Assembly (NCBI GenBank): GCA_052325545.1
Contig: JBKQUP010000034.1
Location: 33,450-97,449, forward strand
DNA: 64,000 nt
Origin: Thermoplasmata archaeon
GTDB taxonomy: Archaea > Thermoplasmatota > Thermoplasmata > Lutacidiplasmatales > UBA184
Reading direction: 5' to 3'
In this document: positions 19,389-29,449 of the stretch, piece after piece
Layout of the letters: each line of letters begins with the position of its first letter
How positions within the stretch are numbered: the first letter of the stretch is position 1
Notes under the pieces: generated by a model
What the model was told of the DNA's origin: nothing
Seen by the model: the letters and a program-made list of their open reading frames with translations, nothing else
Databases searched by the model: none
Made by a program: the position numbers and the translations under genes

Positions 19389-20120
19389 ATGGTTTCCACT
19401 CCCCCGACCGACCGGATCCCTGTCGTCGTCTCGATCGGAGGCTCCGTCCTCATCACCGGGAACGACGACCCGGAGTACTTCGAACGGCTGGCCAACCTTC
19501 TCCGCCGGCTCGGGGCCGAACGGCCGCTGGTCGTCACGACCGGCGGGGGCCGGACGGCTCGAGAGTACATCCGCCTCGGTCGGGCGCTCGGGCTCACCGA
19601 GGTCGAGCTGGACGAGGTGGGGATCGAGGTCACCCGTCTCCACGCTCGGATCCTCGCCGCCCGCGTCGGCCCGCCGGCTCCCGCTCATCCTCCGACGACG
19701 GTCGCGGCCGTGGTCGAACAGCTACGGACCGGGTCCCCCGTCATCCTCGGCGGGACCGAACCCGGGCACACGACCGACGGCGTGGCAGGGCTCGTGGCCG
19801 TGCGGGTCCGCGCCGCGCGGGTCGTGAACGCGACCGACGTGGACAGCGTCTACGACCGGAACCCGCGGACGAACCCCGACGCGCGCCGCATCGACCGGCT
19901 GACCTGGCCGGAGTTCCGGGCGATGGTCCACGCGGAGACCTCGGGCACGGCCGGGCAGAACTTCCTGTTCGACCGCCTCGGTGCCGACGCGCTCGCCCGC
20001 GCCGAGATCCCGCTCATCATCGTCCCCGGCCGCGACCTCGCGAACCTCGAGGAGGCGATCGCCGGGCGACCGTGCCGGGGAAGCCGGATCGGCGAGACGC
20101 GACCCGAGAAAACCCCTTAG
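19389..20120 (+). CDS. pyrH: UMP kinase (archaeal type)
   Basis: SIGGS, TGGGRTAREYI, GGTEPGHTTD and ATDVD motifs. Confidence 0.95.
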   Translation: MVSTPPTDRIPVVVSIGGSVLITGNDDPEYFERLANLLRRLGAERPLVVTTGGGRTAREYIRLGRALGLTEVELDEVGIEVTRLHARILAARVGPPAPAHPPTTVAAVVEQLRTGSPVILGGTEPGHTTDGVAGLVAVRVRAARVVNATDVDSVYDRNPRTNPDARRIDRLTWPEFRAMVHAETSGTAGQNFLFDRLGADALARAEIPLIIVPGRDLANLEEAIAGRPCRGSRIGETRPEKTP

Positions 20121-20143
20121 TAGCCGCGGCGGGTCGGACGGGC

Positions 20144-20776
20144 ATGATGCACCGCGTCGTCTTCTTGGGACCGCCCGGCGCCGGTAAAGGAACCCAGGCC
20201 GCTCAGGTCGCCCGCGACCTCGGCGTCCCCCACCTCTCGACCGGGGACCTCCTTCGAGCCGCCGTGGCCGCTCGAACCCCCCTCGGCCTCGAGGCCGAGG
20301 GCCACATGCGTTCCGGGGGCCTCGTACCGGACGACCTCGTCCTCCGGATCCTCCACGAGCGTCTCGAACAGCCCGACGCCCGGGCCGGCTACCTGCTCGA
20401 CGGGTTCCCCCGCAACCTCGCCCAGGCCGAGGCGCTTCAGAAGTTCGCCGAGGTTGATGGGGTGATCTCGTTCGACGTCGCTCCCGAGCAGCTCGTGCAC
20501 CGGCTCTCGGAGCGCCGGGTCTGCCCGAAGTGCCAGGCGGTCTACAACCTCTCGACGAAGCCCCCCGCGACGGCCGAGAAGTGCGACCATGACGGGACCC
20601 CGCTCGTCCAGCGCCCGGACGACCGACCCGAGGCCGTCACGACGCGGCTCCGGGTCTACGCCGAGCAGACCGCACCTTTGCTCGAGTACTACCGGAAGCG
20701 CCGGCTCCTTCGGCCGGTCGACGCGAGCGGCACTCCCGACGAGGTCGCGGCGCGGGTACGGCGGGTCCTCTCGTAG
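20144..20776 (+). CDS. adk: Adenylate kinase (LID-containing type)
   Basis: GPPGAGKGTQA, STGDLLR, LDGFPR, CPKC...CDHD LID and QRPDD. Confidence 0.97.
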   Translation: MMHRVVFLGPPGAGKGTQAAQVARDLGVPHLSTGDLLRAAVAARTPLGLEAEGHMRSGGLVPDDLVLRILHERLEQPDARAGYLLDGFPRNLAQAEALQKFAEVDGVISFDVAPEQLVHRLSERRVCPKCQAVYNLSTKPPATAEKCDHDGTPLVQRPDDRPEAVTTRLRVYAEQTAPLLEYYRKRRLLRPVDASGTPDEVAARVRRVLS

Positions 20777-20791
20777 ACGCCCGGCCGGGGT

Positions 20792-21319
20792 TCACTTCGG
20801 GACCCGGAGGACCTCGCCCCGGACCCACGCTCCGTGGTCGAGGAAGAGGCGGACCCCTTCGAGGTATCCGGCCGGCGGGCCGAACGAGAGGGCGTCCTGG
20901 GGACGGGACGCGGCCGCGCCGAACTCGATGACCCCCCCGTGGGAGACCATGAGGAGCCGACCTCCCTCGGGGAGCCGCTCGAGCTCCTCGCGCATCCGCG
21001 TGGCCTGGCGGAGGGCGTACTCCGCCATCGCCTCGCTGCGCCCGATCACGTGAACGTAGTCCGCGAACGAACGCGGGTTGAGCTCGTCGATCGGGAGGCC
21101 GACGTCGTCGGGCATCACGCCGAGGTCCGGGAGCACGGCATCGACCGGGAACCCGAGCGCCTGGGCGGTCTCGACGGCGCGGGGCTTGGGCGACGTCACC
21201 ACCCGGTCGAACCGAACGAGCGTCCGGGCGACGCGGCGCGCGAGCGCGACCCCCTCGCGGCTGAGGTGGATGTTGGCCGGGTCCCGACGACTGTGACGAC
21301 GATGCTCGACAACGCGCAT
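20792..21319 (-). CDS. Histidine phosphatase (phosphoglycerate mutase-like) family protein
   Basis: RRHS, TSPKPRAVETA and VSHGG motifs. Confidence 0.85.
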   Translation of the reverse strand: MRVVEHRRHSRRDPANIHLSREGVALARRVARTLVRFDRVVTSPKPRAVETAQALGFPVDAVLPDLGVMPDDVGLPIDELNPRSFADYVHVIGRSEAMAEYALRQATRMREELERLPEGGRLLMVSHGGVIEFGAAASRPQDALSFGPPAGYLEGVRLFLDHGAWVRGEVLRVPK

Positions 21320-21383
21320 GACGTGACGGCGAGCAGCAAGGCTAACGGAGAGTTTATAGGTCGTCCGCCGCTCCTCAGGCCGT

Positions 21384-21490
21384 CCCGGCTTAGCTCAGAG
21401 GTAGAGCGGGGGACTGTAGGCGTGACTGCCGGGAATCCGGCAGCCCCCGTAGAGATCCTCAGGTCGCCTGTTCGAGTCAGGCAGCCGGGA
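21384..21490 (+). tRNA. tRNA-Tyr(GTA) with a 35-nt intron at 37/38 (21420-21454)
   Basis: C1-G72 acceptor CCCGGCT/AGCCGGG; anticodon GTA; hairpin intron; TTTATA box at 21353-21358. Confidence 0.96.
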
Positions 21491-21630
21491 CCTGAGGACT
21501 GGGCCGTCCGTGGCGTCCCGGGTCCCAAAGTTTCCCGGACCTCGAATGGTCGGAGCGGGACGTCGGTCTCTCGGTCCGCCTCGATGCCCATGGGCGTGGG
21601 GGAGGGATGCGTCCGACCCGGGCAGGGAAG

Positions 21631-21702
21631 TGCGGTTGTCGGGATTTGAACCCGAGTAGGTAGCTTGGGAAGCTACCGTCCTAACCGCTAGACCACAACC
21701 GC
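21631..21702 (-). tRNA. tRNA-Gly(CCC)
   Basis: GCGGTTG/CAACCGC acceptor, GTAGC-TTCCCAA-GCTAC anticodon arm, GGTTCAAATCC. Confidence 0.97.
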
Positions 21703-21903
21703 GCGGCTTTTCCCGGAGGGTCGAACCCTCATACGGTTTGTGCGCGCGGGGTCGGAGCCGCAGACCGGCCGTCGGGGAGCGGGGGCGGTAGCGACCGGCA
21801 CTTAAGCGGTTACTTCCCCGGCGTGCGCCGCGCACCTATTTATACACGAATCGGGCCTAATTCACGCTGCCCGGAGTTTGTGCTCGGGGCCGCGGTCCAT
21901 CGG

Positions 21904-23001
21904 ATGGGGGGAACGGCAGCGACTCGGTCGAGGCGACGCTATCGCCGGGCGCGACGCCTCTGCTCGGAGAAGCGGGGAGTCGTCGCCGTCATCGGCACCC
22001 TGCTCGCCCTGCTGGTCTTCTTCGCGCTCTTCGGGATCTTCCTCACGCAGTACGTTCCCCTCTGGATGACCGACAACGAGGCCCAGTTCTCGAACCAGGC
22101 GGCGACGTCGTTCGCCCAGTTCAAGGGAAGCATCGACACCCAGTACGAGCTCGGCCTTCCTCCGAGCATCGGCACCCCCTTCACAATCAGCTCCGGTTCG
22201 GTCCCCCTCATCGCGCAGCCGACGGAGGCGATCTTGAGCTTCCTTCCGCAGACGTGCCCCGGCGGATTCATCGTGAAGGGCGCCGGGGCGGGCCAGCCGG
22301 TGAACCCTGCGTACTGTATCTTCCAGAACCAAACGCTCTCGACCGGCCCGGGCGGTTCCGCGGCGCTCCACCTGAGCGCCGCCACGGGAGTCCTGCAGAT
22401 GCAGCTGCCGAACCGCTACTACTCTGGCCAGACGTTCTACTACGAGGATGACGGAGTGATCCAGGTCCAGTCGCTCGGCCACCAGATCATGGCGTACGCG
22501 CCCCCGTTCAACGTGACGCGTATCGGCGGCAACGCGACCACGCACCTGGGCGGCAACACCACCATTTCCTCGAGCTTCCTCCAGCTCTACGGCAACGCCA
22601 CCACCGTGGTCGGTCAGGGCACCGAGGAGGTCTACAGCGAGCTGCGCTACGCTCAGCCGCTCACGTCGAACGGAAAGGCGGTCTCCTCGACCAACTCGAC
22701 GTTGCAGCCGTTCAACTACACCTTCGAGCTGGGCACGCAGTACCCGTGCGCCTGGTCGACGTTCCTCGGGGCGCAGATGAACTCGAGCGGCGTTCCGTAC
22801 GCGGCGACCCCGACGCCCGGCCACACGAGCTACAACTTCACGACCACGGCCGCTCCCCACGGCACGAACGTCGCCTATACGGGCACGTGCTACAACCCCA
22901 CGAGCGCCACGACCGTGATCATCCTCAACGTGTACTCGGTCAACTATGCGAACTTGTTCTATGCCGGGGTCGAAGTGCAAATCGGCATAGGAGGAGTCTG
23001 A
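21904..23001 (+). CDS. Large archaeal type IV pilin-like protein (class III signal peptide)
   Basis: Basic leader ending KRG followed by hydrophobic VVAVIGTLLALLVFF; Thr/Asn-rich body with several N-x-T sequons; AT-rich TATA-like tract near 21837-21845. Confidence 0.8.
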   Translation: MGGTAATRSRRRYRRARRLCSEKRGVVAVIGTLLALLVFFALFGIFLTQYVPLWMTDNEAQFSNQAATSFAQFKGSIDTQYELGLPPSIGTPFTISSGSVPLIAQPTEAILSFLPQTCPGGFIVKGAGAGQPVNPAYCIFQNQTLSTGPGGSAALHLSAATGVLQMQLPNRYYSGQTFYYEDDGVIQVQSLGHQIMAYAPPFNVTRIGGNATTHLGGNTTISSSFLQLYGNATTVVGQGTEEVYSELRYAQPLTSNGKAVSSTNSTLQPFNYTFELGTQYPCAWSTFLGAQMNSSGVPYAATPTPGHTSYNFTTTAAPHGTNVAYTGTCYNPTSATTVIILNVYSVNYANLFYAGVEVQIGIGGV

Positions 23002-23005
23002 CCCT

Positions 23006-24679
23006 ATGGCCGCCGGAACGTTCCGAGTCAAGATCCCGCGAACCGCCGCGCCCGGAGCGGAAACGTCGCCCCTCGCCCCGGCGCCGTCGCCCGAAGCCCC
23101 CGCCGCGCTCCCTGGGACGTTCATCACCGCGATGCCGCCCCTGATCGAGCCGACGATGAAGGAGCTCGAGGTGAGCGCGGTCAACCCGCCCTACTCCTAC
23201 TCTCGGATCACCTACAACGACCGGAACAAGGAGTACCTCTACGAGGTCATCGAGCCCCAGCTCTCCGCGCACGAGAAGCAGCTCGTCGAGCACCTCAAGG
23301 CGACGCTGACCCGGATCCTGGGGGCGGATGTCGGGGCCCTCAGCCTCGCCGACAAGCGGACGTACCTGCGGGAGGAGGCCCGGGAGTACTTCCGCAGCCG
23401 CAAGATCACGCTGAGCCCCATCTCGATGGAGCGGATCATCTACTACACGCTCCGGGACTTCGTCGGCTACGGGCCGGTGGACGCCCTCATCCTCGACCCC
23501 GAGGTCGAGGACATCTCGTGTGACGGCGTCGACGTGCCGCTGTTCATCTTCCACGGGAAGTACGAATCGGTGAAGACGAACGTCACGTTCTCCGACGAGG
23601 AGGCGCTCGACTCGTTCATCGTGATGCTCGGCCAGCGCTGCCTCAAAGCCGTCAGCGTCTCCGCGCCCATCCTGGACGGCACGACCCCCGAGGGCCACCG
23701 GGTCCAGGCGACGTACGGCCGGGAGGTGACGACCCGCGGGGCGAGCTTCACCATCCGTCGGTTCAAGGAACGCCCGTTCACCCCCGTCGACCTCGTCGCT
23801 ATGGGGACCGCGAGCGAGGAGATGGTCGCCTACTTCTGGCTCGCCGCGGAGCAGGGAGAGTCGGTCATCGTCTGCGGTGGCCCCGCCGCCGGCAAGACGA
23901 GCACCCTCAACGCGATCGCGCTTTTCATCCCGCCGACGGCCAAGATCGTCTCGATCGAGGACACGCGGGAAGTGAACCTGCCCCACGAGAACTGGATCCC
24001 GGGAGCGACTCGGAGCGGGACCGGGGACCGGGGCTCGGACGGGAAAGCGGCCGGGGAGGTCGACATGTTCGACCTCGTGCGCGCCGCGCTTCGGCAGCGG
24101 CCGAACTACATCATCGTGGGAGAGGTCCGCGGCAAGGAGACGTACACGATGTTCCAGGCGATGGCGACGGGCCACACGACCTACTCGACCATGCACGCCG
24201 ACAGCGTGAAGTCGATGGTGAACCGGCTCGAGAACCCACCGATCAACACCCCGCGGATCCTGCTCTCGGCGCTCAACAACGTCATCATCCAGATCCAGAC
24301 CCGGATCGACAAGGGGGTCGTCCGGCGGCTGAAGCAGGTCCTCGAGATCGTCGGGTTCGAGCCCGAGACGAACGAGCTGATCACGAACACCGTCTACGAA
24401 TGGGACCCCTCGACCGATAAGTTCGTCTTTAAGGGTCACTCGTTCCTTTTTGACAAGATCATGGAACTGAAGAACTTCACCACGGACGAGATGGACGCGG
24501 AGTTCCAGCGGCGCACGGCGGTCATCCGGTGGCTCGTGGAGAGCAAGACGACCGACTACCGCCAGCTCTGGCGGACGATCGCGCAATACTACAAGGACCC
24601 GGCCGAGGTCATGGGACGCGTCCAGGCGGCGCAGGCGGCCCAGGCCGCGAAAGCGGACGCGGCGCCGGGGAAGGTGTGA
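23006..24679 (+). CDS. Type II/IV secretion (PilB/ArlI/CpaF-like) ATPase 1
   Basis: EDISCDG, GGPAAGKTS, SIEDTRE, ALRQRPNYIIVGEVRG and TGH motifs. Confidence 0.95.
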   Translation: MAAGTFRVKIPRTAAPGAETSPLAPAPSPEAPAALPGTFITAMPPLIEPTMKELEVSAVNPPYSYSRITYNDRNKEYLYEVIEPQLSAHEKQLVEHLKATLTRILGADVGALSLADKRTYLREEAREYFRSRKITLSPISMERIIYYTLRDFVGYGPVDALILDPEVEDISCDGVDVPLFIFHGKYESVKTNVTFSDEEALDSFIVMLGQRCLKAVSVSAPILDGTTPEGHRVQATYGREVTTRGASFTIRRFKERPFTPVDLVAMGTASEEMVAYFWLAAEQGESVIVCGGPAAGKTSTLNAIALFIPPTAKIVSIEDTREVNLPHENWIPGATRSGTGDRGSDGKAAGEVDMFDLVRAALRQRPNYIIVGEVRGKETYTMFQAMATGHTTYSTMHADSVKSMVNRLENPPINTPRILLSALNNVIIQIQTRIDKGVVRRLKQVLEIVGFEPETNELITNTVYEWDPSTDKFVFKGHSFLFDKIMELKNFTTDEMDAEFQRRTAVIRWLVESKTTDYRQLWRTIAQYYKDPAEVMGRVQAAQAAQAAKADAAPGKV

Positions 24680-25662
24680 GCGCCGTGCCGGCGACTCCTA
24701 CGGCCCGAGCCGGCGTCACCGGCCCGCCGACGAACGCCCCGAGCCGCGCGGTGCGACTGAAGCGCGGCGCGCAACCGACGCACTCCGGCATGTCCGGGTT
24801 CCAGCGGTGGGCCTGGAGCACGTTCCGATCCCGAGTCCTCGCCCGCCCCCCGGACCCCGTCCTGGACGAGAACCTCGTCAAGGCCCACATCCGGATGCGC
24901 TCGGACGAGTACCTGGCCGTGGTCTACGCGACCACGATGGTCGTCGGTATCGCGACCGCGGTCGCGGGGATCGTCGTCGGCTATCTCTTCGTCTCCGCGG
25001 GGGTCGCCTTCCTCGGCATCCTCATCGGGGTCCTGCTCCCGGTCTTCGGGACGATCGGGTCGTACTTCGTGCTCAAGGGCACCCCGGCCTCGAAGGCCAA
25101 GGACCGGGGCCGCAAGATCGACCGGAAGATCTCCCCCTCGATGAGCTTCATCTCGGCGATGAGCTCGGCCGATGTGAACATCGATGCGATCTTCCGCGAG
25201 CTCGGCCGCCAGAAGGTGTACGGGGAGGTCGCCGAGGAAGCGGCGTGGATCACCCGGGACACCGAGCTCCTCGGGGTCGACATCCTGACCGCCATCCGCA
25301 ACGGCGCGACCCGGACTCCCTCGAAACGGTTCCAGGACTTCCTGCAGGGCGTCGTGACGACCGCCACGAGCGGCGGGCAGCTGAAGCCGTACTTCCTGCT
25401 CAAGGCCGAGCAGTTCGAGCGGGAGAACAAGCTCGAGCAGCTCCAGCGCGTGGAGACGATGGGGCTCCTCGCCGAGACGTTCGTGACGGTCGTCGTCGCG
25501 TTCCCGCTGTTCCTGATCATCATCATCGCCATCTTCGCGGTCATCGGCGGGGGCGGGGCGTTCATGATCGACATGCTCTGGGGGATCGTCGGGGCGATGA
25601 TCCCGCTGGCCCAGTTCGGGTTCATCTTCTTCATGTGGTCGATCGCGCAGGAGATGAACTAG
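24676..25662 (+). CDS. T2SS-F/TadC/PilC-like membrane platform protein
   Basis: YGEVAEEAAWITRDTELLGVD and TPSKRFQDFLQG; TM helices; GTG overlaps ATPase stop. Confidence 0.9.
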   Translation: MSAVPATPTARAGVTGPPTNAPSRAVRLKRGAQPTHSGMSGFQRWAWSTFRSRVLARPPDPVLDENLVKAHIRMRSDEYLAVVYATTMVVGIATAVAGIVVGYLFVSAGVAFLGILIGVLLPVFGTIGSYFVLKGTPASKAKDRGRKIDRKISPSMSFISAMSSADVNIDAIFRELGRQKVYGEVAEEAAWITRDTELLGVDILTAIRNGATRTPSKRFQDFLQGVVTTATSGGQLKPYFLLKAEQFERENKLEQLQRVETMGLLAETFVTVVVAFPLFLIIIIAIFAVIGGGGAFMIDMLWGIVGAMIPLAQFGFIFFMWSIAQEMN

Positions 25663-25663
25663 G

Positions 25664-26641
25664 ATGGCGAACGCGCTTCCGTCGGCATCGGCGGCCCGCA
25701 CCGTGCGGTCGACCTCGGTCGCCCCGACCGAGGCCGAGTCCGGGCTGCTCACCCGCGAGATTTGGCTCCTGATCGCGGGGGGCATCGTCGCGGCCGTCCT
25801 CTGGGCCGTCGCGATCATGAACTACTTCGGCACGGTGACCATCACGCTCGCTCCGGGCGAGGCCACGGGCGCCAACCCCGCGATCGACTTCTTCGTCCTC
25901 GGGCTGCTCTGCCTGATCGCGCCGTACGGCTTCGCGATGACCGCGAAGCTCCGGAGGATCGGGAAGGTCGAGGAGCGCCTCCCGGATTTCCTGCGCGACG
26001 TCTCCGAGGCGGGACGGTTCGGAATGACGCTCCCGGACGCGATCGTGGTCGCCAGCACCGGGCGCTACGGCCTCCTCACGGACGAGATCAAGAAGATGGC
26101 GAGCCAGATCGAGTGGGGAGTCCCCGTCGCCCAGGCGCTCGACCTCTTCGAGAAGCGGGTCCCGACCCCGCTCGTCCAGCGCGTCGTGTCGATCGTCACC
26201 CGGGCGAACGATGCGGGCGGGAACGTCGCGGACGTGCTATCGATGGTGGCGCACGACACCCGCGAGGCCCAGCTCTCGCAGCAGGCGCGCCAGATCTCGA
26301 TGATGACGTACGTGACGGTGATCTACATCGCGTTCTTCGTGTTCCTCGTCACGATCTACATCATGTGCGCGACGTTCCTGCCCCAGATGATCACCGCGGG
26401 CCAGGGCGTCTCGTCGTCCGGGCTCTCGTCGTCGGGCGGCGTCAATCTCGCGTTCGGGTTCGTGCCGGCCCTCTTCCTCGCGTTCCTCGTGGCGGTGATC
26501 GCCCACGCGGTCGGGGACGGCATCATGGCGGGCGTCCTGGTCAACGGGCGCATCGCCGAGGGCCTCCAGCACGCCACGATCATGCTCGCGGTCGGCTGGC
26601 TCATCATGCGGTTCGTCGTTCCGCCGCTGAACGTGGGATAG
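25664..26641 (+). CDS. T2SS-F/TadB/PilC-like membrane platform protein
   Basis: RLPDFLRDVSEAGRFGMTL, YGLLTDEI and AGGNVADVL. Confidence 0.9.
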   Translation: MANALPSASAARTVRSTSVAPTEAESGLLTREIWLLIAGGIVAAVLWAVAIMNYFGTVTITLAPGEATGANPAIDFFVLGLLCLIAPYGFAMTAKLRRIGKVEERLPDFLRDVSEAGRFGMTLPDAIVVASTGRYGLLTDEIKKMASQIEWGVPVAQALDLFEKRVPTPLVQRVVSIVTRANDAGGNVADVLSMVAHDTREAQLSQQARQISMMTYVTVIYIAFFVFLVTIYIMCATFLPQMITAGQGVSSSGLSSSGGVNLAFGFVPALFLAFLVAVIAHAVGDGIMAGVLVNGRIAEGLQHATIMLAVGWLIMRFVVPPLNVG

Positions 26642-26665
26642 TGGACGGAGGAAGGTAGGTAGCTC

Positions 26666-28429
26666 ATGGCAGGCGAATCGATCGAAGCACCGCCCCCCGA
26701 GCAAGAAGGGACCGCGATCCCGACCGCCCAGGCGCGGAAGAAGCGGTCCTCCGCGTTCCTGCGGATGGGGGCCTCGCTCCGTCGGGGCTCGTCCGAGCCG
26801 CGGCCGGTGAAGCTCGCCCGTCTCGGGATCTCGGGTCAGGGGTCCGAAGCCGAAGTGACGGTCGTCCCCTCGCTCTCCGACCCGGCGCTCAAGGAGCTCG
26901 ACCTCGCGCCGATCCGTCCGGGCCTCTCCTACATCCGCATCACGTACCACAACGTCCGCAACGAGTACAACTACGAGGTCATCGAGCCGCCCCTCTCCCG
27001 GATCGAGCGGGACCTCCTCGAACGCCTCCGGGTCATCCTCGTGAACCAGTTCGAGCCGCTCGCCGAGCACGACCCCGAGTCGAAGCGGCGCGAGCTCCGC
27101 CTCATGGTTGACCGCCAGCTCCAGGAGTGGGAGCTCGCCCCGAGCCCGGTCACGAAGGGCCGGATCCTCTACTACCTCGAACGGGACTTCATCGGCTACG
27201 GGGTCATCGAGGTCCCGATGACCGACGTCGATGTCGAGGACATCTCGTGCGACGGTCAGGGGATCCCGATCTACATCTACCACCGCAAGTACGGCTCGAT
27301 CCGCTCGAACATGAAGTTCCAGACCGCGGAGGAGCTCGACGACTTCGTCGTCTGGCTCGCCCAGCGCTCGGGAAAGCACATCTCGGTCGCGAGCCCGGTC
27401 CTCGACGCGACGACGCCGGACGGCTCCCGGCTCCAGGCGACGCTGGGAAAGCACGTCACGAAGCACGGTAGCACGTTCACGGTCCGTCGGTTCCGCGACA
27501 ACCCGTTCACGCCCGTCGACCTGCTCAAGTTCCGGACGATGAGCCCGGAGATGATGGCGTACCTCTGGATCGCCATCGAGAACGGACAATCGATGATGGT
27601 CTGCGGGGGCACGGCGAGCGGGAAGACGACCACCCTCAACGCGACGCTCCTGTTCATCCCGCCCCAGATGAAGATCGTCTCGATCGAGGACACCCGGGAG
27701 CTCAACCTCCCGCACGAGAACTGGGTCCCGTCGCTCACGAAGGCCGGGTTCGGGGCGAAGAACCTCGTGAGCGGCAAGGCCGCAGGCGAGATCGACATGT
27801 TCGACCTCCTCGCCGCGGCGCTCCGCCAGCGCCCGCAGTACCTGATGGTCGGAGAGGTGCGCGGCGCCGAGGCGTTCATCGTCTTCCAGGCGATGGCGAC
27901 CGGGAAGACCTGCTACACCACGTTCCACGCGGAGAGCGTGAGCGCGATGGTGCACCGGATGGAGAACCCGCCGATCACGCTCCCGCGCTCGCTCGTCTCC
28001 GCGCTCAACCTCGTCCTCCTCCAGCGGCAGGTGAAGGTCGGCACGAAGATGACGCGCCGCGTCCAGTCGCTCACCGAGATCGTCGGTCTCGACCCCGAGA
28101 CGAACGAGCTGATCACGAACTCGGTCTACTCCTGGAACCCGGCGGACGACACGTTCCTCTACTCGGGCCACTCGTACATCTACGAGCGGGTCGCGCTGAT
28201 GAAGAACCTCACGATGAAGGAGATGGAACGCGAGGTGCGCAACCGCGTCGAGATCCTCGACTTCATGATGGCGAAGGACGCCCAGGCGACGCGGCAGAAG
28301 CCGTACACCCACCGCGACGTCGGTCAGCTGGTCGCCTTCTACTACAAGGAGCCGCAGAAGGCGCTCGCCGAGGCCCGCGCGGAGCTCCAGCGCGTCAAGG
28401 CCGCCGCGGCGGCGACCCCCCGCCCGTGA
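26666..28429 (+). CDS. Type II/IV secretion ATPase 2 (paralog of 23006-24679)
   Basis: EDISCDG, GGTASGKTT, SIEDTRE and ALRQRPQYLMVGEVRG. Confidence 0.95.
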   Translation: MAGESIEAPPPEQEGTAIPTAQARKKRSSAFLRMGASLRRGSSEPRPVKLARLGISGQGSEAEVTVVPSLSDPALKELDLAPIRPGLSYIRITYHNVRNEYNYEVIEPPLSRIERDLLERLRVILVNQFEPLAEHDPESKRRELRLMVDRQLQEWELAPSPVTKGRILYYLERDFIGYGVIEVPMTDVDVEDISCDGQGIPIYIYHRKYGSIRSNMKFQTAEELDDFVVWLAQRSGKHISVASPVLDATTPDGSRLQATLGKHVTKHGSTFTVRRFRDNPFTPVDLLKFRTMSPEMMAYLWIAIENGQSMMVCGGTASGKTTTLNATLLFIPPQMKIVSIEDTRELNLPHENWVPSLTKAGFGAKNLVSGKAAGEIDMFDLLAAALRQRPQYLMVGEVRGAEAFIVFQAMATGKTCYTTFHAESVSAMVHRMENPPITLPRSLVSALNLVLLQRQVKVGTKMTRRVQSLTEIVGLDPETNELITNSVYSWNPADDTFLYSGHSYIYERVALMKNLTMKEMEREVRNRVEILDFMMAKDAQATRQKPYTHRDVGQLVAFYYKEPQKALAEARAELQRVKAAAAATPRP

Positions 28430-28501
28430 GTTAGCGAACGAACCCAGCTCGGCTCGAAGGTCAGCCCTTTTCCGCCCGGGTGCCTCCCCTCGACCGGAGG
28501 C

Positions 28502-29449
28502 GTGCCGCTGCCGCTCTTCGACGAGGTCCCTCTCGGCCGGGGCCGTTCGGTCCGCCTCTACTGCGAGGACGCCGTCCCCGGGCTCCGCTCCCGGCTGGGG
28601 CGCGCCCGCGCCGACGTGGTCGTCACGAGCCCACCCTACAACCTCGGGGTCCGCTACTCGACGTACCGGGACGACCGGCCGCGCGAGGAGTACCTCCGCT
28701 GGACGGGCCGCGTGCGGGACGCCGTGCGGGAGGTCCTCTCCGAGCGGGGCTCGTTCTTCCTCAACATCGGGGGCCCCCCGTCCGACCCCTGGCTCCCGTG
28801 GGACGTCGCGCGGGAGGTCGCCCGGGGGTTCGTCCTCCAGAACGTCCTCCACTGGGTGAAGTCGATCGCCATCGACCGCGCCTCCGCCGGCCGCGCGGCC
28901 GGCCTGGACCGGGACCTCGCGCTCGGCCACTACAAGCCCGTCCGCTCGGTCCGGTACGTGCACGGGGCCCAGGAGTACGTCTTCCACTTCACGCGGCGCG
29001 GGGACGTCCCCCTCGACCGGCTCGCGGTGGGGGTCCCGTACGGCGACAAGTCGAACGTGACGCGCTGGCGGGCCGCGGGGGCAGCGGACCGGCGATGCCG
29101 CGGCAACACCTGGTTCCTACCGTACCCCACGATCCGCATCCGCGCGCGCGACCGGCCCCACCCGGCGACGTTCCCGCCCGAGCTCCCCGAGTGGTGCGTC
29201 CGCCTTCACGGCCTCGCCCGCACCCGTCTCGTGGTCGACCCGTTCGTCGGGATCGGGTCGAGCGCGGTCGCGGCGGCCCGCCTCGGGGTGTCGTTCGTCG
29301 GCTTCGACCTCGACGCGGAGTACCTGCGCGTCGCCGCGCAGCGGGTCCGTCGGGAGGTCGTGGACGGAGGCCGAAAGCCGCGGCGGGCGGTCCCGAAGGG
29401 CCGACGCCGGACGGTTACGTCTGGTCGGGCGGCGGGGACTCTTCCGTAG
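28502..29449 (+). CDS. Site-specific DNA methyltransferase (N4-C/N6-A, beta class)
   Basis: VTSPPY catalytic motif precedes HPATFP and DPFVGIGS SAM motif. Confidence 0.92.
   Translation: MPLPLFDEVPLGRGRSVRLYCEDAVPGLRSRLGRARADVVVTSPPYNLGVRYSTYRDDRPREEYLRWTGRVRDAVREVLSERGSFFLNIGGPPSDPWLPWDVAREVARGFVLQNVLHWVKSIAIDRASAGRAAGLDRDLALGHYKPVRSVRYVHGAQEYVFHFTRRGDVPLDRLAVGVPYGDKSNVTRWRAAGAADRRCRGNTWFLPYPTIRIRARDRPHPATFPPELPEWCVRLHGLARTRLVVDPFVGIGSSAVAAARLGVSFVGFDLDAEYLRVAAQRVRREVVDGGRKPRRAVPKGRRRTVTSGRAAGTLP

Noticed and set aside
21904-28429. Archaellum operon
   Set aside because: No archaellins, arlH or arlF/G; two split platform proteins fit a pilus system
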